Below, one piece after another: positions 21,970 through 32,572 of a stretch of DNA of 41,297 bases. The notes under the pieces were generated by a model. It was not told the DNA's origin. It worked only from the letters and a program-made list of their open reading frames with translations, and did not search any database. Each line of letters starts with the position of its first letter. The stretch's first letter is position 1. This DNA is from Caulobacteraceae bacterium (lineage in GTDB: Bacteria; Pseudomonadota; Alphaproteobacteria; Caulobacterales; Caulobacteraceae): the NCBI GenBank assembly GCA_947456005.1, contig CANGRP010000001.1, positions 1 through 41,297 on the forward strand, written 5' to 3'. The translations under genes were made by a program, and so were the position numbers.

Positions 21970-23754
21970 ATGTTCGCTTCTCTTGCGCGCGACCTTCGCT
22001 TCGCTTCCGGACTCCTTCGCACCTTGGGGCGGGTGAGGGGAATTCATCCCGCTAGTAAGCGCCGTATCTGCGACGACCTTGAGGCGGCTGCGGCGCGCTG
22101 GAATGATCGAGAGGCCCTGAGGTTCGAGGGGCGCAGCCTGACCTACGCCGGGATGGAGGCTCTGGCCAACCGGTTCGCAAGGTGGGCGCTTGAGATCGGC
22201 CTGCGGCCCGGGGACAGGGTCGCCCTCTTCCTGCCCAACCGGATCGAGTACCTCCCGGCCTGGTACGGCCTGTCCAAGGTCGGAGTGGTTTCCGCCCTGA
22301 TCAACAACCAGCTCACCGGCCAGGCCCTGGCCCACTGCCTGTCCATATCCGGCGCCCACGAGGTCATTGTGGATGCGGAGACCTCTCCCGCCCTTCAGGA
22401 CATTCTCGGCGATCTGGGCCAGACGCCACGCCTCTGGAGCCTCGACCCGCCCCTGCCAGGAGAAGGTGATCTGGCCGCCGCCCTTGCCGAGCGTTCGCCT
22501 GAGGCGCCTCCCGCCTCCGCGCGGGAGGGTCTGACTGCCGGGGACACCGCCCTCCTTATCTACACCTCCGGGACCACCGGCCTGCCGAAGGCCGCGCGGG
22601 TCACCCATGTCCGGGTCCAGCTCTATATGCGGGGATTTGCAGGGTCGACGGGGGCTCGCTCCGATGACCGGATCTATGTCGCCCTCCCACTCTACCACGC
22701 CACCGGCGGGCTCTGCGGCATGGGGGCGGCCCTTCTCAACGGCGCCTGTGTGGTCCTCAAGCGGCGCTTCTCGGCCACGCAGTTCTGGGAGGACATACGT
22801 CGGGAGGGTTGTACTCAGTTCGTCTATATCGGCGAACTCTGCCGTTACCTTGCGAACCAGCCGACACACCCGGACGAGCGGGCGCACAAGCTGCGTCTGG
22901 CCTTCGGCAACGGCCTCCGGCCGGACGTCTGGGACACGATCATCGGCCGCTTCGGCGTTCCCCGGGTCCTCGAGTTCTACGGCTCCACGGAAGGCAATGT
23001 TTCCTTCTTCAACTTCGATGGCCGTCCCGGCGCCATCGGCCGTCTTCCAGGCTTCCTTCGGCGGCGGTTCAACGGTCGGATCGTGCGCTTTGACTACGAA
23101 GCCGAGGCGCCCCTGCGCGGGCCGGACGGCTTCTGCCAGGAGGCGTCGCCCGGGGAGGCGGGAGAATGCCTGGGCCGCATCGATTCCTCGGACCCCAGGG
23201 CGGACTACACAGGATATCTCGACAAGGCCGCCTCCGAGAAGAAGGTGCTGAGGGATGTCTTCAAGGCTGGCGACGCCTGGTTCCGGACCGGCGATCTTCT
23301 GCGGCAGGACGAGGATGGCTACGTCTTCTTTGTCGACCGGGTCGGCGACACTTTCCGGTGGAAGGGGGAAAATGTCTCCACCGCCGAGGTCGCCTTGCGT
23401 CTTCAGGCCGTTCCCGGCGTGATCGAGGCGAATGTCTACGGGGTGGAGGTGCCCAGGGCCGATGGACGGGCCGGAATGGCCGCCCTGGTGACGGGTGAAG
23501 GCTTTGACCTCGGAATACTGGCGTCTCGGATCGCCGCAGACCTCCCTGAGTATGCGCGCCCGGTCTTCCTCAGGTTGCAGCCGGAGATGGCCGTCACCGG
23601 CACGTTCAAGCAGCGCAAGGTGGAGCTTGTGGCTGAGGGGTTTGATCCGGCAAAGGTCGCCGCGCCCTTGTTCCACCGGGCCGCAGATGGCGGCTATCGT
23701 CCCCTCGACACCGCGGTCTACGGGGAGATCGTCAACGGCCGCATCCGGCTCTGA
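21970..23754 (+). CDS. Long-chain acyl-CoA synthetase (FATP-like)
   Basis: IYTSGTTGLPKA, YIGELCRYL, EFYGSTEGN, GDAWFRTGDL, DRVGDTFRWKGENVST; start uncertain (21913-21970). Confidence 0.92.
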   Translation: MFASLARDLRFASGLLRTLGRVRGIHPASKRRICDDLEAAAARWNDREALRFEGRSLTYAGMEALANRFARWALEIGLRPGDRVALFLPNRIEYLPAWYGLSKVGVVSALINNQLTGQALAHCLSISGAHEVIVDAETSPALQDILGDLGQTPRLWSLDPPLPGEGDLAAALAERSPEAPPASAREGLTAGDTALLIYTSGTTGLPKAARVTHVRVQLYMRGFAGSTGARSDDRIYVALPLYHATGGLCGMGAALLNGACVVLKRRFSATQFWEDIRREGCTQFVYIGELCRYLANQPTHPDERAHKLRLAFGNGLRPDVWDTIIGRFGVPRVLEFYGSTEGNVSFFNFDGRPGAIGRLPGFLRRRFNGRIVRFDYEAEAPLRGPDGFCQEASPGEAGECLGRIDSSDPRADYTGYLDKAASEKKVLRDVFKAGDAWFRTGDLLRQDEDGYVFFVDRVGDTFRWKGENVSTAEVALRLQAVPGVIEANVYGVEVPRADGRAGMAALVTGEGFDLGILASRIAADLPEYARPVFLRLQPEMAVTGTFKQRKVELVAEGFDPAKVAAPLFHRAADGGYRPLDTAVYGEIVNGRIRL

Positions 23755-23761
23755 GAAAAGT

Positions 23762-23778
23762 ACTTTACATTTCAAAGT
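23762..23778. promoter_or_regulatory. Palindromic operator ACTTT-N7-AAAGT overlapping a putative -35 (TTTACA)
   Basis: AT-rich inverted repeat upstream of the membrane protein/wHTH pair; possible -10 TAGGTT at 23786-23791. Confidence 0.55.
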
Positions 23779-23818
23779 TACTGGGTAGGTTGGCTCCAAC
23801 GTCTTCAAGGAGCCTGCC

Positions 23819-24436
23819 ATGACGGATGCCCAAACTCAGATCGGTGAGGACCTCGCCTACCTCAAGACCCTGGCCGAGGAGGGGCGCGGCGCCTCCGTGC
23901 TCGCCGGCCCCTACATGGCCCTTGGTGGAGGCGTCTTCGGGATCACCAGCCTTCTCGCCTTCGCGATCGAGGTGCGGCTTCTGCCCCTGCCGGCGCCAGC
24001 CCTCGGCTGGATCTGGCTGGCGAGCGGGCTAGCCTTCGCCCTCGCCCTTCCAGCCCTGAACCGCAGGACACGAACCCGCCCCGGCGCCGCCAGCAGCCTG
24101 AATGAGTCGATCGGCGTGGTCTGGACCCAGGCCGGGATCGCCATCTGGGTCCTGTTCGTCGCCGTGATGGCGGTCGGTTACCGGACTTCGGACTGGGGGG
24201 TCTTCAATGTCTTCCCATCCATCATTCTGGCCCTCTACGGCCTGTGCTGGATGGCGGCCGCCCACCTTGGCAGGACGCACTGGCTGCGCCGCGTCGGGGT
24301 CGGCAGCTTCATCGCAGCTGTCGCCGTGGCGGCGGTTGCAGGCGGGCCGCTGCTCTGGCTCGCCTACGCCGTCGCCCTCTTCGCCTTGGGCCTCGCGCCC
24401 GGCCTGATCCTGATGCGCCAGGAAGGCCGACGGTGA
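23819..24436 (+). CDS. Hypothetical multi-pass membrane protein
   Basis: 205 aa, about 6 hydrophobic segments; RBS AAGGAG; coupled to the downstream regulator. Confidence 0.75.
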   Translation: MTDAQTQIGEDLAYLKTLAEEGRGASVLAGPYMALGGGVFGITSLLAFAIEVRLLPLPAPALGWIWLASGLAFALALPALNRRTRTRPGAASSLNESIGVVWTQAGIAIWVLFVAVMAVGYRTSDWGVFNVFPSIILALYGLCWMAAAHLGRTHWLRRVGVGSFIAAVAVAAVAGGPLLWLAYAVALFALGLAPGLILMRQEGRR

Positions 24437-24735
24437 GCCCGGACTTTGACATCGAGCGGATTGATGAGGTGATCCATGGCCGTATCCGGCTGGGGATCAT
24501 GGCCTACCTCGCCGGCGCTGGAGCCGCGGACTTCGGCGAACTGAAGACCCGTCTGTCGGCGACCGACGGGAACCTCTCAGTCCACCTGCGCAAGCTGGAG
24601 GATGCAGGCTATGTCGAGATCGAGAAGGCCTTCGCCGGCCGCCGGCCCCTGACCACTGTCAGGATCAACGACGCCGGTCGCACCGCCTTCGCCTCCTATC
24701 TCGAGGCCCTGCGCGGTCTCCTGCCACCGACCTGA
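24433..24735 (+). CDS. Small winged-helix transcriptional regulator (HTH_34-like)
   Basis: [41 protein letters not shown]; GTGA overlap. Confidence 0.88.
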   Translation: MSPDFDIERIDEVIHGRIRLGIMAYLAGAGAADFGELKTRLSATDGNLSVHLRKLEDAGYVEIEKAFAGRRPLTTVRINDAGRTAFASYLEALRGLLPPT

Positions 24736-24741
24736 TACAGG

Positions 24742-24774
24742 CTCCCGCCCCCGGGGTCCCCACCGGGGCGGGAG
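24742..24774 (+). terminator. Strong stem-loop between wHTH gene and uvrC
   Basis: CTCCCGCCCC(C)GG ... CCGGGGCGGGAG; no U-tract. Confidence 0.4.
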
Positions 24775-24791
24775 TCGCCTATACCGGACGA

Positions 24792-26678
24792 ATGTCCCTG
24801 GACGCCGAAACACCCCCCGCTGCCGAAGGCGCGTCACTCGCCGGCGCCGAACTGATCCGCGACCAGGTCCGGCGGTTGCCAGACGCGCCTGGCGTCTACC
24901 GGATGATGGGCGAGGGCGGCGAGGTCCTCTACGTGGGCAAGGCCCGCTCGCTGAAGAAGCGGGTCCTGCAATACGCCCAGGGCCGCTTCCACACCCAGCG
25001 CATCGCCCTGATGGTCGACCTGACCCGGGCCATGGAGTTCGTCACCACCCGGACCGAGACCGACGCCCTCCTGCTTGAGATCAACCTGATCAAGCAGATG
25101 AAGCCGCGCTTCAACGTCCTGCTGCGCGACGACAAGAGCTTTCCCGAGATCGTCATCCGGCGGGACCATCCCGCCGCCCAGTTGCGAAAGCACCGGGGGG
25201 CCCACACCCTCAAGGGGGACTATTTCGGCCCCTTCGCCTCCGCGAACGCGGTCAACCGCACCCTCAACACCTTGCAAAAGGCCTTCCTGCTGAGGTCCTG
25301 CACGGACAGTGTCTACGAGGGCCGGACCCGGCCCTGCATGCTTCACCAGATCCGCCGCTGCGCTGCGCCCTGCACGGGCGCGATCAGCCTTGAGGACTAC
25401 GCCGCCCTGGTGGACCAGGCCGAGGACTTCCTGCGCGGCCGCAGCCGGGCGGTGATGACCCGGCTGTCCGAGGCGATGCAGGCGGCGTCCGACGAGATGG
25501 AGTTCGAGCAGGCGGCCCGCCTCCGCGACCGGATCCGGGCCCTGGCGGCCGTGAGCCAGGAGACCCTGGTCAATCCCGAGAGCCTGGAGGAGGCGGACGT
25601 CTTCGCCCTGCACAGCGATGGCGGCCAGGCCTGCGTCCAGGTCTTCTTCTTCCGCGCGGGCCAGAACTGGGGCAACCGCGCCTACTTCCCGCGGATTGAC
25701 CGCACCGACCCGGACCCGTCGATCCTGGCGGCCTTCATCGGCCAGTTCTATGACGACCGGCCGATCCCGAAGCTCATCCTCGTGAGCTGCGAGCCCGACG
25801 AGGTTGATCTCCTGTCCGAGGCCTTCAGCCTGAAGTCCGGCCGCAGGGTCGAGATCCGCCGGCCGGAACGCGGCGAGAAACGCGCCCTGGTCGACGAGGC
25901 CCTGACCAACGCCCGGGAGGCCCTGGGCCGCCGGCTGGCGGAAGGGTCCGCCCACTCGAAGCTCCTGGCCGGGGTCGCGGAGGCCTTTGGCTTGGACGCT
26001 TCCCCGGAGCGGATCGAGGTCTATGACAACAGCCACATCATGGGGACCAACGCCGTTGGCGGCATGATCGTCGCCGGGCCGGACGGGTTTCAGAAGGCCC
26101 AGTACCGCAAGTTCAACATCCGCAGCACGGACCTTACCCCCGGGGACGACTACGGCATGATGCGCGAGGTCCTCAGGCGACGCTTCGGCCGCCTGGTCCG
26201 TGAGGGCGGTTCCGGCGAAACCACGGTGCGACCGGACCTGGTGCTGATCGACGGGGGTGCGGGGCAATTGGCCGCGGCCCTTGAGGTCCTGACCGAGCTG
26301 GGGGTTGACGATATTCCGGTGGTCGGTGTGGCCAAGGGGCCCGACCGTGACGCCGGCCTCGAGCGCTTCTTCCTGCCCGGCCAGCCGCCTTTCATGCTGG
26401 AGCCGAAGAGCCCGGTCCTCTATTTCCTCCAGAGGCTGCGGGACGAGGCCCACCGCTACGCCATCGGGAGCCACCGGGCGCGCCGGGCGGCCGACCTGAG
26501 GCGCAACCCGCTGGACGAGATCGAGGGCATTGGTCCGACGCGAAAGCGCGCCCTGCTTCACGCCTTCGGGTCCGCCGCCGGCGTGGCGCGGGCTGCAGCC
26601 GAGGATCTGGAGAAGGTCGAGGGCGTCAGCAGCGCCCTCGCCGAACGCATATTCGCCGCCTTCCACAAGGAGCGCTGA
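24792..26678 (+). CDS. uvrC: Excinuclease ABC subunit C
   Basis: GIY-YIG PGVYRM/LYVGKA, Cys cluster, UVR domain [29 protein letters not shown], HhH. Confidence 0.97.
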   Translation: MSLDAETPPAAEGASLAGAELIRDQVRRLPDAPGVYRMMGEGGEVLYVGKARSLKKRVLQYAQGRFHTQRIALMVDLTRAMEFVTTRTETDALLLEINLIKQMKPRFNVLLRDDKSFPEIVIRRDHPAAQLRKHRGAHTLKGDYFGPFASANAVNRTLNTLQKAFLLRSCTDSVYEGRTRPCMLHQIRRCAAPCTGAISLEDYAALVDQAEDFLRGRSRAVMTRLSEAMQAASDEMEFEQAARLRDRIRALAAVSQETLVNPESLEEADVFALHSDGGQACVQVFFFRAGQNWGNRAYFPRIDRTDPDPSILAAFIGQFYDDRPIPKLILVSCEPDEVDLLSEAFSLKSGRRVEIRRPERGEKRALVDEALTNAREALGRRLAEGSAHSKLLAGVAEAFGLDASPERIEVYDNSHIMGTNAVGGMIVAGPDGFQKAQYRKFNIRSTDLTPGDDYGMMREVLRRRFGRLVREGGSGETTVRPDLVLIDGGAGQLAAALEVLTELGVDDIPVVGVAKGPDRDAGLERFFLPGQPPFMLEPKSPVLYFLQRLRDEAHRYAIGSHRARRAADLRRNPLDEIEGIGPTRKRALLHAFGSAAGVARAAAEDLEKVEGVSSALAERIFAAFHKER

Positions 26679-27244
26679 TGAAGGCCCTGCCCAACATCCT
26701 GTCCATAGTCCGCATCGTCCTGACCCTGGCCATGTTCGCCGCCCTGGTGGCCATGGGCGCCGGCCGTGATCCGGACGGTGGCCTGATGCACTTTGCCTTC
26801 TGGGCCTTCGTCATTGCCGCAGTGACGGACTTCCTCGATGGCTGGCTGGCCCGCCGGTACGACGCCGTCACCGTCTGGGGAACCATCCTCGATCCCATCG
26901 GCGACAAGATCCTGGTCTGCGGGGCGGTGGTGGGACTGATGGCCAGCGGCGCGGGACCGGCCTTCGCCCTGCCAGCCGGCCTGATCCTGTTCCGCGAGTT
27001 CGCTGTCAGCGCTCTTCGCGAGGTGGGGGCCGCACGGGGGCTGAAGCTGCCGGTCACAGGCCTCGCGAAGTGGAAGACGGCGGTGCAACTGGTCGCCCTG
27101 GCGTCCATGCTCGGGGTTGGGCTGGTTCCGGCCCTTCCGCCCCTCCTGCCCCTCGCACTGGTCTGGGTCGCCGCCGTGCTGACGGTCTGGACCGGGATCG
27201 AGTACCTGCTCCAGACCCGGAGGGGTCTCGCCAGCCTGCCCTGA
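26678..27244 (+). CDS. pgsA: CDP-diacylglycerol--glycerol-3-phosphate phosphatidyltransferase
   Basis: LPN.LS..R, TDFLDGWLAR, G.ILDPIGDK, RE..VSALRE, AKWKT..Q; classic uvrC-pgsA coupling. Confidence 0.92.
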   Translation: MKALPNILSIVRIVLTLAMFAALVAMGAGRDPDGGLMHFAFWAFVIAAVTDFLDGWLARRYDAVTVWGTILDPIGDKILVCGAVVGLMASGAGPAFALPAGLILFREFAVSALREVGAARGLKLPVTGLAKWKTAVQLVALASMLGVGLVPALPPLLPLALVWVAAVLTVWTGIEYLLQTRRGLASLP

Positions 27245-27245
27245 C

Positions 27246-27737
27246 CTAGCCGGGGAGGTGGGGGGTGATGAGACCCAGGGGCGCCGCCGTGGTGTTCTTC
27301 ACCGAGCGGATGACGATCCGGCTCTCGATGTTCGAGACCAGTCCCAGGGACAGGAGGGTCTCTCGCAGGAAGGAGTCAAAGGCCGGCATGTCGCGGGTAA
27401 CGATCCGAAGCTCATAGTCGGCCGCCCCGGTGACGGTCGCGCACTGGACGACCTCCGGCATGTCCGAGATGGCCCGATCGAAGGCGTCCAGGTTGTCCTT
27501 GGTCGGCAGGGCCAGCTTGACCGTGCAATAGACCTCGAAGGACAGGCCCAGCCTCTCGCGGTCCAGGATGGTCACCCGCTTCTGGATGATCCCTGCATCC
27601 TCAAGGCGCTTGATCCGACGCCAGCAGGGGCTGGACGAGAGGCCTACCCGGTCGGCGATCTCGGCCACTGAAAGGCCCGCGTCGGCTTGGATCAGGTCCA
27701 GGATGCGGGCGTCGATGGCGTCCAGGGTTTCGGCCAC
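27246..27737 (-). CDS. Lrp/AsnC family transcriptional regulator
   Basis: LDAIDARIL, VGLSSSPCWRRIKRLE..G.I, TGAADY; GTG start at 27737 with AAGGAG RBS. Confidence 0.92.
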   Translation of the reverse strand: MAETLDAIDARILDLIQADAGLSVAEIADRVGLSSSPCWRRIKRLEDAGIIQKRVTILDRERLGLSFEVYCTVKLALPTKDNLDAFDRAISDMPEVVQCATVTGAADYELRIVTRDMPAFDSFLRETLLSLGLVSNIESRIVIRSVKNTTAAPLGLITPHLPG

Positions 27738-27904
27738 GCATGCTCCTTGCATCTTTCGCGCACAGTTCTGCCCAATGTCGGGCGATCTGCAACATCCAGC
27801 GCAGGCTTCTGCCCCAAAAGGCCCGCAGTGCGCAATACCCGACCGGGTGAGCCGGCGTCTTGGCGGGAGCTTGCTTTCCACCGGGACTGGTTTAGGCGTC
27901 AGGC

Positions 27905-29017
27905 ATGTCCGGATTCGACTTTGACGCCGTTGTGGTCGGAGCGGGGGCCGTCGGGCTCGCCTGCGGTTACGCCCTGGCCCTTCGCGGCCTCTCCACTGTC
28001 GTCCTCGAGGCCGGTCCCCGGATCGGAGAGGGCGTCTCCGCGCGGAACTCCGAAGTTGTCCACGGAGGTCTCTATTATCCCACAGGGTCACTCAAGGCGC
28101 GCCTCTGCGTCCAGGGGCGGCGGTCCCTCTACGCCTTCCTCGCCGAACGCGGCGTTGCCTTCGACCGCTGCGGCAAGCTTGTGGTCTTCAACGGTCCTGA
28201 AGAGCTGGAACGGCTCGACGCCATCCTCACCCAGGCGCGCACAAATGACGTCGAAGGCATGGAGGTCCTCACCCCCGCCCAGGTCCGGGCCCTGGAGCCC
28301 GACCTGAAGTGCGATGCGGCCCTGCTCTCGCCCCAGAGCGGGGTCTTCGACAGCCACGGCTACATGCTGGCCCTGCAGGGGGAGATCGAGTCCCGGGGCG
28401 GCGCCGTGGTGGTGTCGACCCCCTTCGAGGGCGCCGCGCCGCTGGGGACCGGCGGTTGGCGGGTTTCCACTGGGGGTGACGATCCTGCTGTCCTGACCAC
28501 GGCCCGTCTTGTCACGGCGCCTGGCCTGGACGCCCAGTCGGTGGCGGACCGTATCTCCGGTCTGCCATCGGGGACCATCCCGCAAGGCTTCTTCGGCAAG
28601 GGTGTCTATTTCCGGCTGACGGGCCGGGCGCCCTTCTCCCGCCTGGTCTATCCGCCCCCCATCCCGGGGGCCCTGGGGACCCACTACCGGCGGGACCTCG
28701 GGGGGCAGGCGGTCTTCGGGCCGGATCTCGAGTTCGTTCCCGCCCCTGATTACTCAGTGGATCCGGGCCGGGCCGGCGCCTTCTACGACTGCATCCGCAA
28801 GTTCTGGCCAGGCCTGCCGGACGGCGCTCTTCAGCCCGACTACGCCGGGGTGCGGCCCAAGCTGCACGGCCCTGGCCAGCCGCAGCTCGACTTCCGCATC
28901 GACGGGCCTGAGGCCCACGGGCTCGATGGGCTGGTGGCGCTGTTCGGCATCGAGAGTCCGGGCCTGACCAGCTCCCTTGCGATCGGCGAGGAGGTCGCTG
29001 CCCGGCTCGGCCTCTAG
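27905..29017 (+). CDS. FAD-dependent oxidoreductase, LhgO/L-2-hydroxyglutarate dehydrogenase-like
   Basis: VVGAGAVG, SARNSEVVHGGLYYP.GSLKA, YAGVRPK, GIESPGLTSS. Confidence 0.85.
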   Translation: MSGFDFDAVVVGAGAVGLACGYALALRGLSTVVLEAGPRIGEGVSARNSEVVHGGLYYPTGSLKARLCVQGRRSLYAFLAERGVAFDRCGKLVVFNGPEELERLDAILTQARTNDVEGMEVLTPAQVRALEPDLKCDAALLSPQSGVFDSHGYMLALQGEIESRGGAVVVSTPFEGAAPLGTGGWRVSTGGDDPAVLTTARLVTAPGLDAQSVADRISGLPSGTIPQGFFGKGVYFRLTGRAPFSRLVYPPPIPGALGTHYRRDLGGQAVFGPDLEFVPAPDYSVDPGRAGAFYDCIRKFWPGLPDGALQPDYAGVRPKLHGPGQPQLDFRIDGPEAHGLDGLVALFGIESPGLTSSLAIGEEVAARLGL

Positions 29018-29084
29018 ATCATGTTCCGACAAGCGGGGACCGGTTGTCGGATCGAAGCATGACTTCACTGATTGGACCTAGAGC
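29014..29084. repeat. CIR/RIME/BRU-RS-like alphaproteobacterial palindromic element (single unit)
   Basis: CTAGA at both ends; inner arms TCCGACAA/TTGTCGGA around GGGGACCGG; outer TCATG/CATGA. Confidence 0.55.
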
Positions 29085-29126
29085 CTGTCCTTCCTCGTCT
29101 GGCAGTCCGACTGAGGGGAGCACGCC

Positions 29127-29645
29127 CTAGGCGGCCCAGCCGGCGATCCAGTCCGACAGGGCCTGGGGCGACATGCCCCGTGCGTTGGACAGGGCGGAGA
29201 AGTTGCCGGGATTGAGGAGCTTGTCAGTCCGGGGGTCGATCACCAGCAGCGCGGGCACGCCGGGCAGCCGGCCGGTGATCCCGTAGCGGGCGGGGATCTG
29301 GAGATTGCGGTCAAAGCGGCCGACGTCGACCATGACCGTCACGAAATGCGCCTTCATGAACCGGTCAAGTTCCGGAAGGGCCATGGTCCCGGCCAGGATG
29401 CGGCAGTCGGGGCACCAGTTGCCGCCCAGGTCGATGAGGAGTCGCTTACCTTGCCGGCGGGCTTGGGCCCGGGCGCGGTCCACGATGGCGCTGGCGTCCG
29501 CCCCCTCGTCGTAAGGGAGCGGAAGGGGGGTCTTGAGCTCTGCGAACGTCTTGATCGACATCCGGGGCGCCGGTCGTGCGGCGAGCGCAGCCGGGGCGGC
29601 GGCCGTCGCGGCGGCGGCGGTGAGGATCAGGCGGCGGCGGTTCAT
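29127..29645 (-). CDS. Exported thioredoxin-family protein
   Basis: DLGGNWCPDCR, GVP cis-Pro loop; N-terminal MNRRRLIL plus Ala-rich Tat-like signal. Confidence 0.85.
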   Translation of the reverse strand: MNRRRLILTAAAATAAAPAALAARPAPRMSIKTFAELKTPLPLPYDEGADASAIVDRARAQARRQGKRLLIDLGGNWCPDCRILAGTMALPELDRFMKAHFVTVMVDVGRFDRNLQIPARYGITGRLPGVPALLVIDPRTDKLLNPGNFSALSNARGMSPQALSDWIAGWAA

Positions 29646-31147
29646 CTCGTCGGGACTCCGGAGGTTTGTCCAAAGGCTTCAAGCGTGGCCGCAGTCACGT
29701 CAAGGTCGGTCCGGAGCCGGCGCCACTCGATCGGACCCTGCCCCCGCTTGACCTGCAGCTCCAGCGTCTCCGGTGTGGCGTCGGACGCGTCGCCGGACCG
29801 CCGGGCCAGCCGGCCGCGCAGGAGGTCTACAGGAGCCTCCAGCCAGACCGCGGCGAAGGGAACGCCTAGGCGCCCAGCCAGCTCGGATGTCTGGGCCCTG
29901 TGCCCGGGATCGAGGAAGGTGGCGTCCAGGATCACGCTGCGCCCGGCGGCCAGCAGTTCCTCCGCCTCGGCGAAGAGGACCTGGTGGACGCGGGTCGACA
30001 TGTCCGGGCCATAGGCTTCCGGGGGCAGGCGCTCCGTAGGGGCGGCGCCTGACAGCCGCTTGCGGATCTCGTCCGAGCGCAGGACCACGGCTCCCGGCGA
30101 AGCGCCCAACCGCGGCGCGACCTCGCGGGCGAGGGTGGTCTTGCCAGTCCCCGACATCCCACCCACGGCGAACAGGCGCGGCGGCGCTGGCCGGAGATGC
30201 CTCAGCGCTGCCTGCAGGTAGTCCCGGCCCACGGCGTCATGCCCGGAATTGGCCTCAACGTGCGCCCGTACGACCGCCCGGACAGAGAGCATCAGGGGCA
30301 GGGTGGTGAGGCCCTCCCGCAGGCTGGGGCCCTCGCGCCGCGCCGCCTCGTCCAGCCAGCCGTCCAGCACCCGGCAGGCGGCGTCGCGCCGGGCCCGGAA
30401 GTCGAGATCCATCAGCAGGAAGGCGAGGTCGTACTGGATGTCGATGTCAGACAGGCGGTCGTTGAACTCAATGCAATCGAAGAGGACTGGGCGGCCGTTC
30501 TCCAGGAGGATGTTCCCGAGGTGAAGATCAGCGTGGCAGCGGCGGGTGAAACCACTCCGCCGGCGGGACTCGAGAAGCGGGGAGGCGTCGGCGAGGGCGG
30601 CGGCTGTCCCCGCGATGACGGCCTCGACCGCCTCCGGTCCGAGACGGTCCGCCAGTCCTGTCAGGAGATGGGCGTTGGAGTCGATCGTGTAGGCCAGCCC
30701 CTCCTCACCACCGCCCTCGGGCCGCAGGGGTGCGGCGGCGTGAAGGCGGGCGACCTCCCGGCCCAGGGCCTCGGCGAGGGGAGCGTCCACGGCCTCTGGC
30801 CGCGCCGACAGGACCGAGCCCTCGTCAAAGCGCCTCATCTCCACAGCGTAGTCCACGGCCGGGCCCTGGCCGTCCAGCTCCAGGCCTGTCCCCGAGCGGG
30901 TGACGGCGTGAACCCGCCGATAGATGTCGGGGGCCGCGGGAGAGTTGAATGCGATCTCGCGCTCGGCCGCTTCGCGCCGCAGCTCAAGGGTCGTGAAGTC
31001 CACATAGCCGAGATCGACTGGCCGCTTGACCTTCCAGGCCGTTTCGCCGGCCAGGTAGATACGGTTGCAGGCGGTCTCGATCCGGCGGCCGCCCATGGCG
31101 GAGAAGAAGGCGTCGACCTCCGCCCCGTCATCGGCCGCCTGCGTCAC
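29642..31147 (-). CDS. Bifunctional APH-like kinase / AAA_33 P-loop kinase
   Basis: [26 protein letters not shown], Walker [29 protein letters not shown]. Confidence 0.88.
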   Translation of the reverse strand: MTQAADDGAEVDAFFSAMGGRRIETACNRIYLAGETAWKVKRPVDLGYVDFTTLELRREAAEREIAFNSPAAPDIYRRVHAVTRSGTGLELDGQGPAVDYAVEMRRFDEGSVLSARPEAVDAPLAEALGREVARLHAAAPLRPEGGGEEGLAYTIDSNAHLLTGLADRLGPEAVEAVIAGTAAALADASPLLESRRRSGFTRRCHADLHLGNILLENGRPVLFDCIEFNDRLSDIDIQYDLAFLLMDLDFRARRDAACRVLDGWLDEAARREGPSLREGLTTLPLMLSVRAVVRAHVEANSGHDAVGRDYLQAALRHLRPAPPRLFAVGGMSGTGKTTLAREVAPRLGASPGAVVLRSDEIRKRLSGAAPTERLPPEAYGPDMSTRVHQVLFAEAEELLAAGRSVILDATFLDPGHRAQTSELAGRLGVPFAAVWLEAPVDLLRGRLARRSGDASDATPETLELQVKRGQGPIEWRRLRTDLDVTAATLEAFGQTSGVPTR

Positions 31148-31806
31148 GGATAGAGCCGGCTTGTGGTCCAGCCGCCCGGGGCGGAGTCGAAGACCAACCG
31201 CTCGTGCAGGCGGAAGGGCCGGTCCCGCCAGAACTCGATGTGTGAGGGCGTCAGGCGGAAGCCCGACCAGTGCGGCGGGCGCGGCGCCTTGCCCAGGCCG
31301 AACTTGACCCCGTAGGCGGCGATGGCCTTCTCGAAGGCGAGGCGGTCGGGCAGGGGCTGGGACTGCTGCGAGGCCCAGGCGCCCAGCTGGGCGGGCCGGG
31401 CCCGGGTGGCCCAGTAGGCGTCGGCCTCCTCCGCGCTCACGGGCGTGATGGCCCCGCGCACCCGGACCTGGCGGCGCAGGGACTTCCAGTGGAAGAGCAG
31501 GGCCGCCTTGCCGCTTGCGGCCAGCTGCCGGCCCTTGGCGCTGCCGAGGTTGGTGTAGAAGACGAAGCCGTCAGGCCCGGCGTCCTTCAGCAGGACCATG
31601 CGCACGTCAGGCAGGCCGTCGTCGTCGACGGTGGCCAGGGCCATGGCGTTGGGGTCATTGACCTCGGACTTCACGGCCTCGGCCAGCCACTCGGCGAAGA
31701 GGGCCAGGGGGTCCTCCGCCGTCAGCGGCGGCAGGTCGGCGCTGGCGACGGCCTTGAGGTACTCGTCCTCGGTGGGCGACGGGGGGATGGGGGGCTTGGC
31801 GCTCAT
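31144..31806 (-). CDS. pdxH: Pyridoxine/pyridoxamine 5'-phosphate oxidase
   Basis: [41 protein letters not shown]....RLHER, RLYP. Confidence 0.96.
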   Translation of the reverse strand: MSAKPPIPPSPTEDEYLKAVASADLPPLTAEDPLALFAEWLAEAVKSEVNDPNAMALATVDDDGLPDVRMVLLKDAGPDGFVFYTNLGSAKGRQLAASGKAALLFHWKSLRRQVRVRGAITPVSAEEADAYWATRARPAQLGAWASQQSQPLPDRLAFEKAIAAYGVKFGLGKAPRPPHWSGFRLTPSHIEFWRDRPFRLHERLVFDSAPGGWTTSRLYP

Positions 31807-31876
31807 GCGCGCCCTATAGCGCAGGCGGGCCGCCAAAGGTATGGCTAGCCAGACACGGCAGCGAGGAGGGATCAGC

Positions 31877-32557
31877 ATGCCCACGCGCGGACAGATGATC
31901 CGGATGCAGATGAGCGACGGCGTCGAGATCGGTGTCTACCACGTCGCGCCGACGGGCGAGCGGCGGGGCGGCCTGGTCCTGATCCAGGAGATCTTCGGCG
32001 TGACCGAGCACATCCGCGAGCAGTGCGACGTCTTCGCCGGCGATGGCTACGAAGTGCTGGCTCCGGCCCTCTACGACCGGGAGGTTCCTGGCTTTGAGGC
32101 CAGCTACTCCGAGACCGACGTCCAGCGCGCCATCCAGGTGGCCCGCCAGCTGCATGACTTCGAGGTGTCGCTGAGGGACGCCCAGACCTGCATTGACGCC
32201 CTGAAGGACAAGGGCCCCGTGTTTATGACAGGCTACTGCTATGGCGGGTCCGTGACCTGGGCCATGGCTTGCCGGTCCAAGGATCTGGCGGCGGCCTCCG
32301 GCTATTACGGCGGCATGATCCCCGCCATGGCCGACAGGACCCCGAACTGTGCGACCATCCTGCACTTCGGCGAGCAGGATCACGGAATCCCGATGGAGGG
32401 GGTGCGCAAGGTCGCCGAGCTTCACCCGGAGGTCGCCGTCCATGTCTATGACGCGGGGCACGGCTTCCAGTCCGATCGCCGGACCGACTACCACGAGCCC
32501 AGCGCCAAGCTCGCCCGGGAGCGGACCCTGGCGCTGTTCCGCGCCAACGGCGGCTAG
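31877..32557 (+). CDS. Dienelactone hydrolase family protein
   Basis: IQEIFGV, GYCYGG nucleophile, GEQDH, GHGF; RBS GAGGAGG. Confidence 0.92.
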   Translation: MPTRGQMIRMQMSDGVEIGVYHVAPTGERRGGLVLIQEIFGVTEHIREQCDVFAGDGYEVLAPALYDREVPGFEASYSETDVQRAIQVARQLHDFEVSLRDAQTCIDALKDKGPVFMTGYCYGGSVTWAMACRSKDLAAASGYYGGMIPAMADRTPNCATILHFGEQDHGIPMEGVRKVAELHPEVAVHVYDAGHGFQSDRRTDYHEPSAKLARERTLALFRANGG

Positions 32558-32572
32558 GCCGGACTCCGCCGC

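Noticed and set aside
21919-26666. 633-aa and 610-aa minus-strand ORFs
   Set aside because: Antisense to the acyl-CoA synthetase and uvrC; typical stop-poor shadow frames
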